Of a stretch of 27,135 nt of DNA, positions 1 through 9,371 are shown one piece after another (the first letter of the stretch is position 1; each line of letters starts with the position of its first letter). Location: positions 1-27,135 of the forward strand of contig JBDHAC010000047.1 of assembly GCA_039588275.1 (NCBI GenBank), written 5' to 3'. The DNA comes from Gemmatimonadota bacterium (GTDB lineage Bacteria; Gemmatimonadota; Gemmatimonadetes; Palauibacterales; Palauibacteraceae). The notes under the pieces were generated by a model, which searched no databases, was not told the DNA's origin, and was given only the letters and a program-made list of their open reading frames with translations. Both the position numbers and the translations under genes were made by a program.

Positions 1-2
1 CG

Positions 3-311
3 GCGGAGGGCCGGATCGTCGATAGGAACCTGGCGCATTACGATGGTGATCACCTCGTCTTCGAGCCGCGCACCGTCACCCGCGAGCAGGTGCTGGAGGC
101 GTTCGGCCGGATCATGCGCGGCTTCTACTCCTGGCCGAGCATCGGTAGGCGCTGGTGGAGGCTCGTGACGACGTTCCTGGCGAGACGGATCGGGCACCGC
201 CGCGTCCTCCGAGCGCTGATGATCTCTTCGATCTTTCTGAAGCTGTCGATTTTCCAACGAGACCGGGTGAAGCAAAAGGTCGCCGCGATCGTGGCCTCTC
301 CAGGCCGCTGA
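3..311 (+). CDS. C-terminal fragment of a probable B12-binding radical SAM protein (5'-partial)
   Basis: The frame is open from the window edge: AEGRIVDRNLAHYDGDHLVFEPRTVTREQVLEAFGRIMRGFYSWPSI. This resembles the EGRI-x-D-x3-HYDG-x-H-x-VF-x-P...FYS-x2-SI tail of B12-binding radical SAM proteins. The CxxxCxxC motif is not in the window. Confidence 0.65.
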   Translation, partial: AEGRIVDRNLAHYDGDHLVFEPRTVTREQVLEAFGRIMRGFYSWPSIGRRWWRLVTTFLARRIGHRRVLRALMISSIFLKLSIFQRDRVKQKVAAIVASPGR

Positions 312-364
312 CCCGACGAAAGGCCTTGCCGCCGCTGTCGTGGGGTCGGCGCGCGAGCTCGGCC

Positions 365-2899
365 CTATCGGCCGCCCCGCAGTCCCTCGATCGCCGCGCG
401 CGCGTCGGCCACAAGCGGTTGCACCACGTCGTCGCCCTCGGCCCAGGCCTCGACGAACTTCTCGTACATTTCGACGGCCCGCCGCTCGTCGCCCAGCTGC
501 CGATACAGCTCGCCCCGCTCGTACCAGGAACGCACGTGGAGCGCGCCCCAGAGGTTGGGCGAGGCATCCGTGTCGAACAGGGCGTATGCCTCGGCGGCTT
601 CGAGCGGCCGACCCAGCTCCTCGAGAAGCCGCGCCCAGGCGAAGAGCCGGGCCGCCCCGGGATCTCCGCTCAGCTCGACCTCGTCGCGGTTCGTGAACCC
701 GGCATCGAGACGAGCCCGGGCCCGGCTCGAGTCGCCGCGGGCGAGCGCCAGGTGGGCGTCCATCGTTCGCCAGGTGCGAGAACCGGTGGTGTCCACGGCT
801 GCCAGGAATCGAGTCAGGGATGTCGTGTCCTTCGTCACCAGATAGGCCGCCAGGACCGTGGATCCGGACGCCGTCCAGCGCGTCTGGTGCGGCACTGTGC
901 CGGGCCCGTAGTGCTCGTCGATCGCGTCGAGCCACGCGGGGAGGGCGACGCCCAGAAGCTCCACTTCCGCACCGACGACCGCCTGGATTCCCACCGTGAA
1001 GAATTGCGCGAGCATCGCCTTGGAGTAGGTGATGCTGTTCGGGCCGGCGACCGTATCGAGGGGCACGCCAGATAGCAGGGTTTCCGCGAGCTCCTGTGCC
1101 CTTCGCAAGCGAGCGCCGCTGGTCAGCGAGCTGAGTACCAGGTCGACGCTTCTGGGGACGAGTTGGCGCGCCACGACCGGATCGTCGATCGCCCGCTCCA
1201 TGGTGCGCGCCGCGACCCCGTAATCCTGCTCGAGCAACAGGATCCGACTCTCCCACGCCGAGGCGAGACCACCGGAACCCTGACCTCGCAACATGTCGAT
1301 CTGATTGCGGGCCTCATTCAGCCTGCCATCGCGGATCAGATTCCCGAGCAGCTCGTTTCGTGCACGCAGGGAGCGGGGGGCGGCGGCCACCCAGGCGTAC
1401 CCGGCGGCGAACACATCCTCACGGGCGCGGGCGCGCATCTCGGCCACCGTCTCGGTGCCGTATTCGCTCTCCAGCTCCTCTCGGGTCGCATACACGGCCG
1501 AGTCAGGAAAGCACAGCCACGGACTGTCCGCCGCACAGTTGCCGAGCACGTCCGTGATGTGCTGATAGGCCATCACGTAGGAGGAATCGAGCTCGAGGGC
1601 GCGCCGGAACGCTGCCAACGCGGTCCCCATGTTCCCCAGCGTATCCGGATGGGGAAAGCTGCCGGGGCTATGGTGGAAGTGTGCCTCCCCCAGCTGATAC
1701 CAGGCTTCGGCGTCGGAGGGATCGCGCGCGATCATCTCCTCGGCGATCTCCCTCGCGCGCTTCAGCCGCCCGAGTTCGAACGCCTCGTAGTACTCGACCA
1801 GCAGCCGGTAACGAGGAGGCAGGTTCGCCTTGTGAGTCACCGCCTTCGCCACCAGCTGGCGCCGTGACCCCGGGTTCTCGATGTTCGCCCACCCGTCCAC
1901 GTCGCGGAGCCGCAGGTACGCGAGCGCGAAGGTTGTGTCCAGCTCGACGGCGCGCTGGAAGTAGACCCTGGCGCTGTCCACCTGGAAGAGCTGGAGCGCT
2001 CTGCTTCCTTCGAGGTACGCTCGGTACGCCCTCAGTGACTCCGTCGTCTGGGCGAGGAGATCGGGGCGTTCTCCGGGCGGCGCTCCGCTCACCTGCAGGA
2101 TGCCCGCGGCGAGCGAGTTGAAGGGCGCGCGCGGATCGCTGCCCCGAGCCACCAGGTCGATTTCCGTTGCGATCCGTTCGCCACTGAGGAGGTCGTATAC
2201 CTTCGCTTCGACCGCGAGCGAGTCTCCCTCGAATCTGAGCTCGCCCAGGACGAAAGTCCCCACTCCCGCTTCAGCGGCCATCTCGCTGGCCGAGTCGATG
2301 TCCAGCTCGGAGGCGGATTCGATTCCTCTCCGGCGCATGAGGGAGCTGGTGCGCTCATCATCGTAGACCCGCATCTCGGCCCAATGAGAAACGGCAAGCC
2401 CGAGGAGGTCCATCGAAGCGTCCTGCAAGTAGTCTTGTTCCGCGGACCCGGTCAGGTTGTCGAACGGGAAGACGATGAGGCTGTGGCGTGGGTCGCCCTG
2501 GATGACCGGGCCGCCCCGCCCTCCCAGCCGCATTACCGTGAGCGCCCCGGCGGCGACCGCGGCCAGGATGACGAGCCCGACCATCAATCGGGCTCGACGG
2601 GGCGATCGCGCCAGGCCCGGTACCGCGATGACATCGCCGGCCTCCATCTCGGCGTCGGCCGCCCCCGTCCGCTGCAGCCCGCTCGGGGTGAGGTCGAAAG
2701 CCCATGCCAGGGCGACGGCGACAGGAAACCCGAGGACGCACAGGACGATCACCAGCTGCATGGCCCACGACGGGAACTCGAAGGCGTCGAACGTGATCTC
2801 CGCCGCCTGCACGATCAGCCAGGCGACGACCGCGTAGGCGCCCGCGACCCGGAATACGCGTCTTCGTCCCAACTCCTCGAACAGATTGTCCAGCGACAT
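365..2899 (-). CDS. Membrane-anchored TolB-like/TPR-repeat protein with no catalytic domain
   Basis: The N-terminal ELGRRRVFRVAGAYAVVAW...GFPVAVALAWAFDLTP membrane module is followed by a further TM helix, a TolB-N-like domain (SLIVFPFDNLTG...DYLQD), the TTESLRAYRAYLEG linker and multiple TPRs (FQRAVELDTTFALAY; AEAWYQLGEAHFH; FRRALELDSSYVMAY). Confidence 0.8.
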   Translation of the reverse strand: MSLDNLFEELGRRRVFRVAGAYAVVAWLIVQAAEITFDAFEFPSWAMQLVIVLCVLGFPVAVALAWAFDLTPSGLQRTGAADAEMEAGDVIAVPGLARSPRRARLMVGLVILAAVAAGALTVMRLGGRGGPVIQGDPRHSLIVFPFDNLTGSAEQDYLQDASMDLLGLAVSHWAEMRVYDDERTSSLMRRRGIESASELDIDSASEMAAEAGVGTFVLGELRFEGDSLAVEAKVYDLLSGERIATEIDLVARGSDPRAPFNSLAAGILQVSGAPPGERPDLLAQTTESLRAYRAYLEGSRALQLFQVDSARVYFQRAVELDTTFALAYLRLRDVDGWANIENPGSRRQLVAKAVTHKANLPPRYRLLVEYYEAFELGRLKRAREIAEEMIARDPSDAEAWYQLGEAHFHHSPGSFPHPDTLGNMGTALAAFRRALELDSSYVMAYQHITDVLGNCAADSPWLCFPDSAVYATREELESEYGTETVAEMRARAREDVFAAGYAWVAAAPRSLRARNELLGNLIRDGRLNEARNQIDMLRGQGSGGLASAWESRILLLEQDYGVAARTMERAIDDPVVARQLVPRSVDLVLSSLTSGARLRRAQELAETLLSGVPLDTVAGPNSITYSKAMLAQFFTVGIQAVVGAEVELLGVALPAWLDAIDEHYGPGTVPHQTRWTASGSTVLAAYLVTKDTTSLTRFLAAVDTTGSRTWRTMDAHLALARGDSSRARARLDAGFTNRDEVELSGDPGAARLFAWARLLEELGRPLEAAEAYALFDTDASPNLWGALHVRSWYERGELYRQLGDERRAVEMYEKFVEAWAEGDDVVQPLVADARAAIEGLRGGR

Positions 2900-3168
2900 C
2901 GCTCCCGTCGGTCGATACCGGTGACCGGTCAGCTTACGGCCCCTCCCCAGGGCTGACCGGCGCGGCTAAACTGCCCGGTGCTGGAACCCGAGTCCACACC
3001 CGCCGAGCCATGGCTCCCACCGGCCCTCGATGCGACTAGGCACACGCTCCGATTGCAGTAGTTTGGACTCTTCACGTTCACGTCAGTGCGCCTGCCGCTT
3101 ACGCGCGCGTCGGCGGGCGCGCCGCCGTGATCTGACGGATACGAACATACGAGCGGATCGAACTTCCC

Positions 3169-4722
3169 ATGCACGACTTCTTGAAAGCTCTCGGAATCGA
3201 AGAGCAGAACCCCGGCGGCTTCGCCGGTGAATGGATCGGCAGCGGCGACGAGCTCGAGGTGACGACCCCGATCGACGGCTCCGTCATCACGGCCGTGCGA
3301 CAGGTGACCGAGGACGAGTACGGACAGATCGCGGCCAGGGCGCACGAGGCCTTCCTCGCCTGGCGACGCGTCCCGGCTCCGAAGCGTGGCGAGATCGTGC
3401 GACTGCTCGGAGTCCGTTTGCGGGAGCGGAAGCACGAGCTGGGGCAACTCGTCACCCTCGAGATGGGGAAGATCGTCGCCGAAGGGGAGGGCGAGGTTCA
3501 GGAGATGATCGACATCTGCGACTTCGCGGTCGGTCTGTCGCGCCAACTCTACGGGAACACCATGCAGTCCGAGCGCCCGGACCACCGGATGTTCGAGCAA
3601 TGGCACCCGCTGGGCGTGGTCGGCGTGATCACGGCGTTCAACTTCCCGGTCGCCGTGTGGAGCTGGAACGCGGCGATCGCGGCGGTGTGCGGGGACTCGA
3701 CGCTGTGGAAGCCCTCCAGCGACGTCCCCCTGTGCGGGATCGCCGTAACGAAGATCGCGGAGCAGGTGTGCCGGGAGAACGATGTCGATCCGGCCATCTT
3801 CTCACTCACGGTGGGTCGTGGGGCCACGGTCGGGGAGCGGCTGCTGAAGGACCCGCGGATCCCGCTCGTGTCCTTCACCGGCAGCACGCCCATGGGGCGG
3901 CGCGTGGCGGAGGTTGTCGGCAAGCGCCTCGGGCGCACGATCCTCGAGCTGGGTGGCAACAACGCGATCATCGTGACACCGCACGCGAACATGGACCTCG
4001 TCCTTCCCGCCATCCTGTTCGGCGCGGTGGGCACGGCCGGGCAGCGCTGCACGAGCACGCGCCGAATCATCGTGCACGAGTCGATTCGCGAGGAGCTCAC
4101 CCGACGCCTTCGTACCGCGTACGAGGGCATTCGAATCGGCGACCCGCTCGACGAGAGCACGCTGATGGGGCCGCTGGTGAACCAATGGGCTCTGAAGGAC
4201 ATGCAAAAGGCCCTCGAGCGAGTGAAGGAAGAAGGCGGGCAAATCCTGACCGGCGGCGACTCCCTGGAGGGAGATGATTACCCCGGTGGGCACTACGTCA
4301 GCCCCTGCATCGTGGCCGCGGAGAACGAGCTCGCGATCGTCCAGGAAGAGACGTTCGCGCCGATCCTGTACATCATCGGATACGGACGCCCGGACGCGAC
4401 GCCAGCGGAAGCCGTGGAGGAGATCGAGGATGCCGTGCGGATACACAACGACGTCCCGCAGGGGCTCTCTTCCGCGATCTTCACCGAGCACGTGCGGGAA
4501 GCCGAGTACTTCCTTTCGCACCGGGGGAGCGATTGCGGCATCGCGAACGTGAACATCGGGACGAGCGGGGCCGAGATCGGAGGCGCGTTCGGTGGCGAGA
4601 AGGAGACGGGGGGAGGCAGGGAGTCGGGATCGGACGCCTGGAAGGCGTACATGCGACGGCAGACGAACACCGTGAATTGGAGCCCGGACCTGCCGCTGGC
4701 GCAGGGGCTCGAGTTCGGCTGA
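3169..4722 (+). CDS. amaB: Aldehyde dehydrogenase family 7 (alpha-aminoadipate semialdehyde / piperideine-6-carboxylate dehydrogenase-like)
   Basis: ALDH motifs ITAFNFP, WKPS, FTGST, LELGGNN (catalytic Glu), GTAGQRCT (catalytic Cys) and EETFAP are present. ALDH7-typical segments are GEGEVQEMIDICDFAVGLSRQLYG and GGEKETGGGRESGSDAWKAYMRRQT. Confidence 0.9.
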   Translation: MHDFLKALGIEEQNPGGFAGEWIGSGDELEVTTPIDGSVITAVRQVTEDEYGQIAARAHEAFLAWRRVPAPKRGEIVRLLGVRLRERKHELGQLVTLEMGKIVAEGEGEVQEMIDICDFAVGLSRQLYGNTMQSERPDHRMFEQWHPLGVVGVITAFNFPVAVWSWNAAIAAVCGDSTLWKPSSDVPLCGIAVTKIAEQVCRENDVDPAIFSLTVGRGATVGERLLKDPRIPLVSFTGSTPMGRRVAEVVGKRLGRTILELGGNNAIIVTPHANMDLVLPAILFGAVGTAGQRCTSTRRIIVHESIREELTRRLRTAYEGIRIGDPLDESTLMGPLVNQWALKDMQKALERVKEEGGQILTGGDSLEGDDYPGGHYVSPCIVAAENELAIVQEETFAPILYIIGYGRPDATPAEAVEEIEDAVRIHNDVPQGLSSAIFTEHVREAEYFLSHRGSDCGIANVNIGTSGAEIGGAFGGEKETGGGRESGSDAWKAYMRRQTNTVNWSPDLPLAQGLEFG

Positions 4723-4912
4723 TCACGGGCCGAGCCGTTGCTCGCGGCCCGGGTACCTGCGCCCTGTCCGGCCGCTGGTGCGTCTCGACCTCGCACCGCG
4801 CGTCCGAGCCCGGCGAGCGGAGACGGAACGTCCTCGTGTCTGAACGGTTGTATTCAATAGCGGTCGGTCGGTCGGACCGGCGGCAGCCCCGCTCGAGGAC
4901 GAGGAGGTACGA

Positions 4913-5323
4913 GTGAGCCTGACACGCCGAACGTCGTTCTTGCCGGTGGGCATCTGCCTTCTGCTGAGTCTTCCCGCGATCACGGCCGCCCAGACGTCCG
5001 AAGAAGAACCGAAGAGGCCGCTACTGGTCGCCGAGGGCGAGCCCTTCTCGGTGACTGTCGACAATCGGGGGTTCCGGGACGTGGTCGTCTACCTGTTCCG
5101 GGGCGGCATCCCGATCCGGCTGGGCCTGGCCAACTCGCGGCGCGTCTCGAAGCTGCGCTCGACGTGCGCTGAGTTCCTCAATCGCTCGAATGACTTCCTT
5201 CTGCGATCGATCGCGGGCGAGACCTTCCAGCTGCGGGGCGAACCGCTCGCTCGGTGCGATCAGACCATCAAGATCGTCATCTACCCGATAGGACTCGACT
5301 TCTCCACGGTGTGGGTCTGGTAG
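4913..5323 (+). CDS. Exported hypothetical protein
   Basis: Strong SD (GAGGAGG) precedes the GTG start. There is a signal peptide ending in AAQ and a beta-rich core, VTVDNRGFRDVVVYLFRGGIPIRLG. Confidence 0.7.
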   Translation: MSLTRRTSFLPVGICLLLSLPAITAAQTSEEEPKRPLLVAEGEPFSVTVDNRGFRDVVVYLFRGGIPIRLGLANSRRVSKLRSTCAEFLNRSNDFLLRSIAGETFQLRGEPLARCDQTIKIVIYPIGLDFSTVWVW

Positions 5324-5343
5324 GAGTCGGTCCCATCCCGCTC

Positions 5344-5478
5344 TCAGGGCGTCTGGCCCCGCATCCCCGCGACCAACGTTTCAGCCGTCTGCGCATCCTC
5401 CAGCAACCCGGCGGCCGGTAACCGCGGCACCAGCTCGGCCCATCTCGAGTCCTGTGCGAACGAGCGGGGGCGCAGCAT
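5344..5478 (-). CDS. 44-aa small ORF or gene remnant (MLRPRSFAQDSRWAELVPRLPAAGLLEDAQTAETLVAGMRGQTP)
   Basis: Not in the ORF track (below its size cutoff). SD GAGGAGGAG lies 4 nt before the ATG. FAQDSRWAELVPRLPAAGLL resembles, from memory, the C-terminus of DUF1028-TPR proteins. Confidence 0.4.
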   Translation of the reverse strand: MLRPRSFAQDSRWAELVPRLPAAGLLEDAQTAETLVAGMRGQTP

Positions 5479-5680
5479 GAAGCTCCTCCTCACCACTGGC
5501 TATAGCGACCTAGCTCGACCGCACGGGTGAGGTCGAGTCGTGCGAGGGCCGCTTGGCGTCTCGAACCGGGTCATGCAATCGGGATCCGAGGACGCACCGC
5601 AGGTGACGTGGGAATGACCCCGGTGTGACGTCCCCTGCCTACGATTCGCCCGGAACAAGCAAAGTAGACATTCCACCACG

Positions 5681-5726
5681 CTGGGTAAGCGGGATAGGCG
5701 GATCTGGGTAAGCGGGATAGGCGGAT
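5681..5726. repeat. Perfect 23-bp tandem duplication (CTGGGTAAGCGGGATAGGCGGAT x2)
   Basis: Copies at 5681-5703 and 5704-5726, ending 7 nt before the ATG at 5734. Confidence 0.95.
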
Positions 5727-5733
5727 ACATACA

Positions 5734-6126
5734 ATGAGACGGTCAATCCCATATACGGTGCTCGCCCTCTGCATGCTGGCAGCCATGGCCGGCTGCGAGG
5801 ACCCCCTGGCTCCCACGGCGCCACCCGGCCCGAACCCGATGGGGGTCGGTACGCTCGAGGTGTCGATGTCCACAAGCGACCCCGGTTCCGACCAGGGTTT
5901 CATTCCCTACGCCTTCGATGTCTACCTCGATGACCAGCTGGTCCGGCAACTGGGTCGGAACGACGTCGTGACGTTGTCGCTATCCGTGGGCGACCACCGG
6001 ATCGGCCTCAGCCGACTGGCCCGGGGCTGCACCGTCATCGGTGACAACCCGCTCGTGGTCGCCATCCGATCGGGTCACACGACAGAAGCGACGTTCGAGG
6101 TCGCATGCGAGGAAGTCCCGAGGTAG
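5734..6126 (+). CDS. Hypothetical lipoprotein with one Ig-like/PEGA-like beta-sandwich domain
   Basis: Signal peptide with lipobox MAGC and a Pro linker. The domain pattern G-H-x-I-x-L-x2-LA-x2-C-x-V-x-G-x-NP...F-x-V-x-C carries a Cys pair. Confidence 0.75.
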   Translation: MRRSIPYTVLALCMLAAMAGCEDPLAPTAPPGPNPMGVGTLEVSMSTSDPGSDQGFIPYAFDVYLDDQLVRQLGRNDVVTLSLSVGDHRIGLSRLARGCTVIGDNPLVVAIRSGHTTEATFEVACEEVPR

Positions 6127-6149
6127 GACGAGGTCTCGAGACAGGCTCG

Positions 6150-6214
6150 CCGGGGCTCAGTCCGCCCGAGGCTCAGGTCCGCCCGAGGCTCAGTCCGCCC
6201 GGGGCTCAGTCCGC
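6150..6214. repeat. Four tandem 16-17 bp units (CCGRGGCTCAGTCCGC) overlapping the ylbE stop codon
   Basis: Units at 6150-6165, 6166-6182 (one extra G), 6183-6198 and 6199-6214. The last unit contains the terminal codons GCG GAC TGA of the minus-strand gene. Confidence 0.9.
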
Positions 6215-7447
6215 GTATCGATCCGCGAAGGTGACGAGCGCCTGCTCGAATATCGATGCGGGCGGCAGAACGAGCCCCGCCCCGATCTGGCCGATGCCAG
6301 GCTCCCGGTGTGCAATCCCGGTATTGACGCGGGGCAGGATACCGAGCTCCACCACCTTGCGGATGTCAATGCCGGTCGGGGACCCGCGAAAGTCGAGAGG
6401 TGGGATCGTGAAGTGGTCGTGCTCGGTCACGCTGATCTCGTACATCTCGAGCGTAGCGTTCAGGGCGTCCCTCGGCGTTCCGCTTACGAAGCTTACGATG
6501 GCGGGGGCCGCCGCCATCGCGAAGCCACCGATGCCGACGGTCTCCGTGATCGTGCTGTCGCCGATGTCCGGATTGGCATCCGCGGCGCTGAACCCGCTGA
6601 AGTAGAGCCCTTCGGGCGTTTCGGCCGGTGCGACGAACCACTCGTCGCCCAGCCCGCTCACCCGAATCCCGAAATCGGTCCCGTTACGCGCCATCGCCGT
6701 GACGACCGTGCTGCCTTCGACGCCGTGTGCCGCATCCGCCATCGCCTTGCACGCCGCCATGACGGGATTGAGCACACTGAGCGCGTTCTCGCCCAGAAAC
6801 GCGAGCACCGCCGACTTGACGGCGCTGTCCCCCTCGAGCCGCGCGATGAGCGGGGAGAGGGACTTCAAGAACAGCAGCGAGCCGGCCTTGTTCCGGTTGT
6901 GCCCCTCGTCACCCATGTGAAGCGCCTCGGCGAGTAGCGCTCGCAGGTCGAGACCGTCGCCGGCTTCGAAGGCACGCGCGAGTAGCGGCCCCATCTCGTC
7001 GTTCATCCACCGGAGCTTTTCGAGCACATCCGGCGCGTAAGCCCCGTAGCGCAGGACCTTCCCGTACCCCTCGTTCAGGTTCGAGTACGCGCGGTTCCCC
7101 CCTTCGGTATTCTCGACGACGTACACGGCCATCGATGCGGATGTGACGCCGGCCATCGGCCCGACGGCCTGGTGATGGTGACACGGCTCCAGTTCCACCC
7201 CGCCGCTCTCGACGAGCGCGATCGCCTCGTCCTCGGCCTCCGCGAGACCTTCGAACAGGAGCGCTCCGACCACCGCTCCGCGCAGCGGTCCAGAGGCGCG
7301 CCTCCACTCGATCGGCGGTCCGGCGTGGAGCAGCAGCCGGTCATGCATGCCCGGCACGACGTCTCGCGCCGGCGCTACGGTCCTGAGCACGGGTCTGGCG
7401 GACATCATGCGCTGGACGGCCGTCTGATTGGCAGTCGCGATCTCCAT
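6206..7447 (-). CDS. ylbE: YlbE/YahG family (DUF1116) protein, AllG-like
   Basis: Family motifs LLHAGPPI-x-W, PCHHHQAVGPMAGVTS, NLNEGYGKVLRYGA, ALHMGDEGHNRN, MARNGTDFGIRVSG, NPDIGDSTITET-x-GIGG and NTGIAHREPGIGQIGAG. It lies directly downstream of fdrA. Confidence 0.92.
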   Translation of the reverse strand: MEIATANQTAVQRMMSARPVLRTVAPARDVVPGMHDRLLLHAGPPIEWRRASGPLRGAVVGALLFEGLAEAEDEAIALVESGGVELEPCHHHQAVGPMAGVTSASMAVYVVENTEGGNRAYSNLNEGYGKVLRYGAYAPDVLEKLRWMNDEMGPLLARAFEAGDGLDLRALLAEALHMGDEGHNRNKAGSLLFLKSLSPLIARLEGDSAVKSAVLAFLGENALSVLNPVMAACKAMADAAHGVEGSTVVTAMARNGTDFGIRVSGLGDEWFVAPAETPEGLYFSGFSAADANPDIGDSTITETVGIGGFAMAAAPAIVSFVSGTPRDALNATLEMYEISVTEHDHFTIPPLDFRGSPTGIDIRKVVELGILPRVNTGIAHREPGIGQIGAGLVLPPASIFEQALVTFADRYAD

Positions 7448-7496
7448 GTATCGTCCTCGTTGGCTGTTCAGCTTCTGGCAGCCCCTTCAGCGTCTC

Positions 7497-9371
7497 TCAG
7501 TCTCTCAGCTTTTCGAGTATGGACATGAGCTTCTCGTCACCTCCAGCGGGGGGGCGCCACTCCACGTGTACCGCGGTGGCCCCCTGGTCGAGCAGGCTAT
7601 CGTGGAACGTTCGCACGCCTAGGTTCACCGCCGCTACCGGTGTCCGGAGGACATCCAGGTCGACCTCCCGAAGGTCCGTATCGGGTGGAAGGCCCGCGCC
7701 GGGTGGGTGCTCGGTGTCGGGGGGCGGAGAGTCAGCGGCTGTCGGGCCCGCCGCCGCCGAACTCGCCGCTTCCGCGCCCAGCCGACGGGCCGCGAACCGG
7801 ACGGCCTCGCTCGTGTCCGCGAAGACTCGCGCCCCCGCTTCGGTCAGCCGATCGATTTGCGCCGCCAGATCCTGAGGGTCGTCCTCCGTCCCGATCACGA
7901 TCATGGCGAACTCGATGTCCGTCTCGCTCCGCGCAAGCTCGATCGCGGGCGCCAGCTCGGCAGCCGGATCGGGATGGGCGCCGTCCCCCAGTACCACGTC
8001 CAGGAGAATGACACCCGTTTCGGTGTCCTCCGTCTCCTGAGCGATGCGACGCAGGCGAAGCTCGTTGTCCATCATGGGGTGCAGACGGCCCACGGTGAAC
8101 TCGTCCGCCCCAAGATCCAGGATCGTGTGCTCGCGGCTGCGGGTCGGATCGGCCAGGGGACTCACCCTCTCGAGCGACACGTTCGAGTGAACCGAAGGCA
8201 GGAAGGCCCGAGCCACTCGGGTCGCCTCGAGGGCGAGCGTGCCACCGGCGAATAGCCCGCGCAAGTACCGCCCTCCGGCGGCGCCGGACACCGGCTCACG
8301 GCGATCCCTTGCCAAGACAGCGGGCTCTGACGGAGCGGGCTCTGACGGAGCGGGCTCTGTCGGCGTGGGTTGCGAGGGCTCCGAGCGGATCCCGGGCGGC
8401 GCGTCCGAGCCCGCGAGCCGGACGGCCAGCTCGGCACATTCGGAGAGGCTCGTGGCGAATCGCACCGGGATCGTCTTCCCGGCCCCGGCCGGCGGAATGT
8501 GGTCGAGGAAGTGGACGATCACCGGCTTTCCCGCCTCGCGCGCCGCGGACATGAGAGTGTGGGCTACCGCCTCGTCGGGTGGCTTGGAGACGATCACGAT
8601 GACCTCCGTCTCGGGATCACGGCTGAGGAGACTCATCGCCTGTCGGGCGGTGATCGCACCCACGTCCGCGTGCAGATCGCGCCCACCGGTCCCGAGAGCC
8701 TGCGAGACGCCACCTCCGAGGGCATGGATCCGGCAACTGATCGCCTGCAGACCCGTCCCGGAGGCTCCGATGAGACCGATCGCTCCGCGGCGGACGCGGT
8801 TCGTGAAGCCGAACCCGGTGCCGTTGATGATCGCGGTCCCGCAATCCGGCCCCATGAGCAGGAGCCCGCGAGTAGCCGCCTCGCGCTTCAGCGAGACTTC
8901 GTCGGCCGGTTCGACGTTGTCGCTGTACAGGAATACGTGCAGCCCTCGCTCGAGCGCGTCGCGGGCGACCGCGGCCGCGAATCGCCCCGGTACGGATACC
9001 AGCGCCCAACTGGCCGAGGGCAGTCGCTCGAGGGCGGAATCGAGGCTGCGCGGACGGAACTCCTCCGCGCCATCGCGGCGCCGCTCCGCGAGCAAATCAT
9101 CGATTTGACCGAGGGCGCGAATCGCCGCGTCCTCGTCGTCGGCTTGAACCACGATCACGAGATCTTCGGGACCGAACTCGGGCAGGCCGGTGGCGGATGC
9201 CGTATCCAGGTGCAATCCGCTCGCCGCCAGCAGCGCCACGTTCTCTCTCGTCCCCATCACCGCCCCCGCGTCCCGCACACCCGGGAGCTTCGCCAGCGCG
9301 GCCTGCAACTGCATGAGGACGATCGAGTCGTGGTACGCACCGGATCTGATCTCGGCGCGAAGGACGGTCAT
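7497..9371 (-). CDS. fdrA: FdrA/YahF family acyl-CoA synthetase-like protein (succinyl-CoA synthetase-related), AllF-like
   Basis: Motifs YHDSIVLM, ALVSVPG-x-FAA, FLYSDNV, LLMGPDCGTAII, IGASGTGLQ, GTGGRDL, VIVSKPP, RGLFAGGTLA-x-E, DLGADEFTVGRLHPM, LLDVVLG-x-GAHPDPA and the C-terminal W-x-PPAGGD. Confidence 0.93.
   Translation of the reverse strand: MTVLRAEIRSGAYHDSIVLMQLQAALAKLPGVRDAGAVMGTRENVALLAASGLHLDTASATGLPEFGPEDLVIVVQADDEDAAIRALGQIDDLLAERRRDGAEEFRPRSLDSALERLPSASWALVSVPGRFAAAVARDALERGLHVFLYSDNVEPADEVSLKREAATRGLLLMGPDCGTAIINGTGFGFTNRVRRGAIGLIGASGTGLQAISCRIHALGGGVSQALGTGGRDLHADVGAITARQAMSLLSRDPETEVIVIVSKPPDEAVAHTLMSAAREAGKPVIVHFLDHIPPAGAGKTIPVRFATSLSECAELAVRLAGSDAPPGIRSEPSQPTPTEPAPSEPAPSEPAVLARDRREPVSGAAGGRYLRGLFAGGTLALEATRVARAFLPSVHSNVSLERVSPLADPTRSREHTILDLGADEFTVGRLHPMMDNELRLRRIAQETEDTETGVILLDVVLGDGAHPDPAAELAPAIELARSETDIEFAMIVIGTEDDPQDLAAQIDRLTEAGARVFADTSEAVRFAARRLGAEAASSAAAGPTAADSPPPDTEHPPGAGLPPDTDLREVDLDVLRTPVAAVNLGVRTFHDSLLDQGATAVHVEWRPPAGGDEKLMSILEKLRD
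8319..8363. repeat. Three 15-bp tandem units encoding a PTEPA-PSEPA-PSEPA linker inside fdrA
   Basis: AGCGGGCTCTGACGG x2 followed by AGCGGGCTCTGTCGG, in frame in an interdomain linker. Confidence 0.9.

Noticed and set aside
5681..6214. Short repeats as a possible CRISPR array
   Set aside because: The units are directly adjacent with no spacers, and there are no cas genes in the window.
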